64,000 nt of DNA from Candidatus Hydrothermarchaeota archaeon. GTDB taxonomy: Archaea > Hydrothermarchaeota > Hydrothermarchaeia > Hydrothermarchaeales > BMS3B. The translations under genes were made by a program, and so were the position numbers. The notes beneath the pieces are model-generated. The model was not told where the DNA came from and ran no database searches. It saw only the letters and a program-made list of their open reading frames with translations. This document shows, in pieces, positions 62,647 to 64,000 of the stretch; position 1 is the stretch's first letter; every line of letters starts with the position of its first letter. The stretch is from contig WANW01000059.1 of assembly GCA_015521615.1 (NCBI GenBank), positions 802 to 64,801 of the forward strand, read 5' to 3'.

Positions 62647-64000
62647 TGGAAAACCCAAGTGTGCACGAGACTATAAACCAGATGTACCAGGAGGTCAGAA
62701 AAGATGGTATCTCTAACGTAGCTGATCGCTACGAAGCGCAGAGCAAGAAGTGTACCTTCTGCCTCCGCGGGCTCAGCTGCCAGCTGTGCAGCATGGGTCC
62801 ATGCAGAATAAGCGAGAAGGCGCCCTATGGCGCCTGCGGCATTGATGCAAACGGCATAGCCATGCGCAACATGCTTCACAGGAACATAATGGGCGCAGCC
62901 GCCTACTCCTACCACGCTGTTGAGGCTGTTAAGACGCTTAAGGCTACCGCCAAAGGCAAGACGCCCTTCAAAATATCCGTGCCCGAGAAGCTCATCGCCT
63001 TTGCCCAGGCTCTGGGCATAGAGACGGAGGGCAGAGATATAAACGAGGTTGCGGTGGAGGTCGCTGACTTTGTGCTTGAGGACATGAACAGGGACGCCGA
63101 GGAGCCCAGCAGGCTGGTGGAGATCTTCGCTCCCGAGAAGAGGAAGGAGCTCTGGAGGGAGCTGGGCATCTTCCCGGGGGGCGTGCTGCACGAGATAATG
63201 GTCAACGCCGCCTCCAGCATGACCAACGTGGACAGCAACTACGTCTCCCTTGCCCTGAAGGCCATGAGGATGGGCATTGCCACCGCCTTCCAGGCGCAGC
63301 TCAGCCTTGAGGTGATTCAGGACGTGCTCTTCGGCGTACCAAAGCCGCACAGGGGCTACGTTGACCTGGGCATAGTTGACCCGGAGTATGTGAACATCGC
63401 CGTGAACGGGCACGAGCCATTTGTGGGTGCCGCCCTGATTGAGCTGGCAAAGAGCGAGGAGGTGCAGGCAAAGGCGAGGCAGGCCGGTGCAAAAGGGCTG
63501 AAGATAGTGGGCTCCATTGAAACCGGGCAGGAGTTGCTGCAGCGCTACAGCGTGGACGACGTGTTTGTTGGCCTAACGGGCAACTGGATAACCCAGGAGT
63601 ACCTGCTCGCCACCGGCGCAATAGACGTGTTCGCCATGGACATGAACTGCTCCCTTCCGAATCTGGCGGAGTACGCAGAGAAGTACGGCGTCACCCTAGT
63701 GCCGGTGTCCAAGCTGGTGAGGATGCGCGGCGTGGAGGATAGCATTGACTATAAGCCAGAGCTGGTGAAGGAGCAGGCGGAGAAGCTGATTGAGCTGGCG
63801 ATAGAGAACTTCAGGAAGAGGAAGGACAAGCCCGCGAGGGTGCCAAAGCGCAGGCAGGAGGTTGTGGTGGGCTTCTCCATAGAGAGCATCCTTGAGGCTC
63901 TCGGTGGAAGCCTGGAGCCCCTGCTGGAGGCGATAAAGAGCGGTGACATCAAGGGTGTGGTTGCCCTGGTGAGCTGCACCACCCTGAGGAACGGTCCTCA
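62647..64000 (+). CDS. cooS: Ni-dependent carbon monoxide dehydrogenase catalytic subunit (CooS-type), 5' partial. The gene runs off the window end.
   Basis: N-terminal cysteine clusters CTFCLRGLSCQLCSMGPCRI typical of the CooS B/D-cluster region. The open frame continues to position 64000 with no stop. Confidence 0.8.

Overview
This is an archaeal (euryarchaeal) chromosomal segment of about 54-55% GC. Part of the gene content suggests an Archaeoglobi-like organism. A CDP-archaeol synthase resembling the Archaeoglobus enzyme, class I LysRS, F420-type LLM oxidoreductases and a Ni-CODH CooS gene at the right edge point that way, as does the archaeal FBP aldolase/phosphatase.

The window has three parts:
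(1) Positions 1 to about 3400 are an AT-rich accessory region. It contains an intact tRNA-Leu(GAG), a small ORF, and a 470-aa tyrosine-recombinase-like integrase. The integrase's stop codon lies inside a 47-nt fragment matching the 3' half of a tRNA-Arg(CCU), which I read as an att site. A wHTH regulator bracketed by palindromic operator-like sites follows. I interpret this as the right end (attR) of an integrated element whose left end is not in the window.
(2) A metabolic block follows. It contains an ACT-domain regulator, two tandem F420-type LLM oxidoreductases plus an MqnA/D-like protein, a bacterial-type GAPDH, pyrD/pyrK, the archaeal FBP aldolase/phosphatase and TIM.
(3) The large conserved archaeal ribosomal-protein/secY/adk cluster runs on the minus strand (Cbf5, L14e, Cmk, L34e, DUF106, Adk, SecY, L15 through L3). 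A GTG-start S14 gene in this cluster was missed by the ORF track.

Beyond that lie housekeeping genes: S2P protease, CutA, PAS histidine kinase, LysRS, Sm, TrpRS, a radical SAM protein, UDG, Nog1, MinD, archease/RtcB, antiporter, TrxR, CarS, pyrE, purD, argF, aEF-1beta, aroA, Kae1, Bud32, RdgB, and the 5' portion of cooS. These are interspersed with three single-domain response regulators, a solo Cas4-like nuclease, an HPS-RraA fusion, and a sensor-globin-membrane fusion.

No CRISPR array and no rRNA genes were seen.
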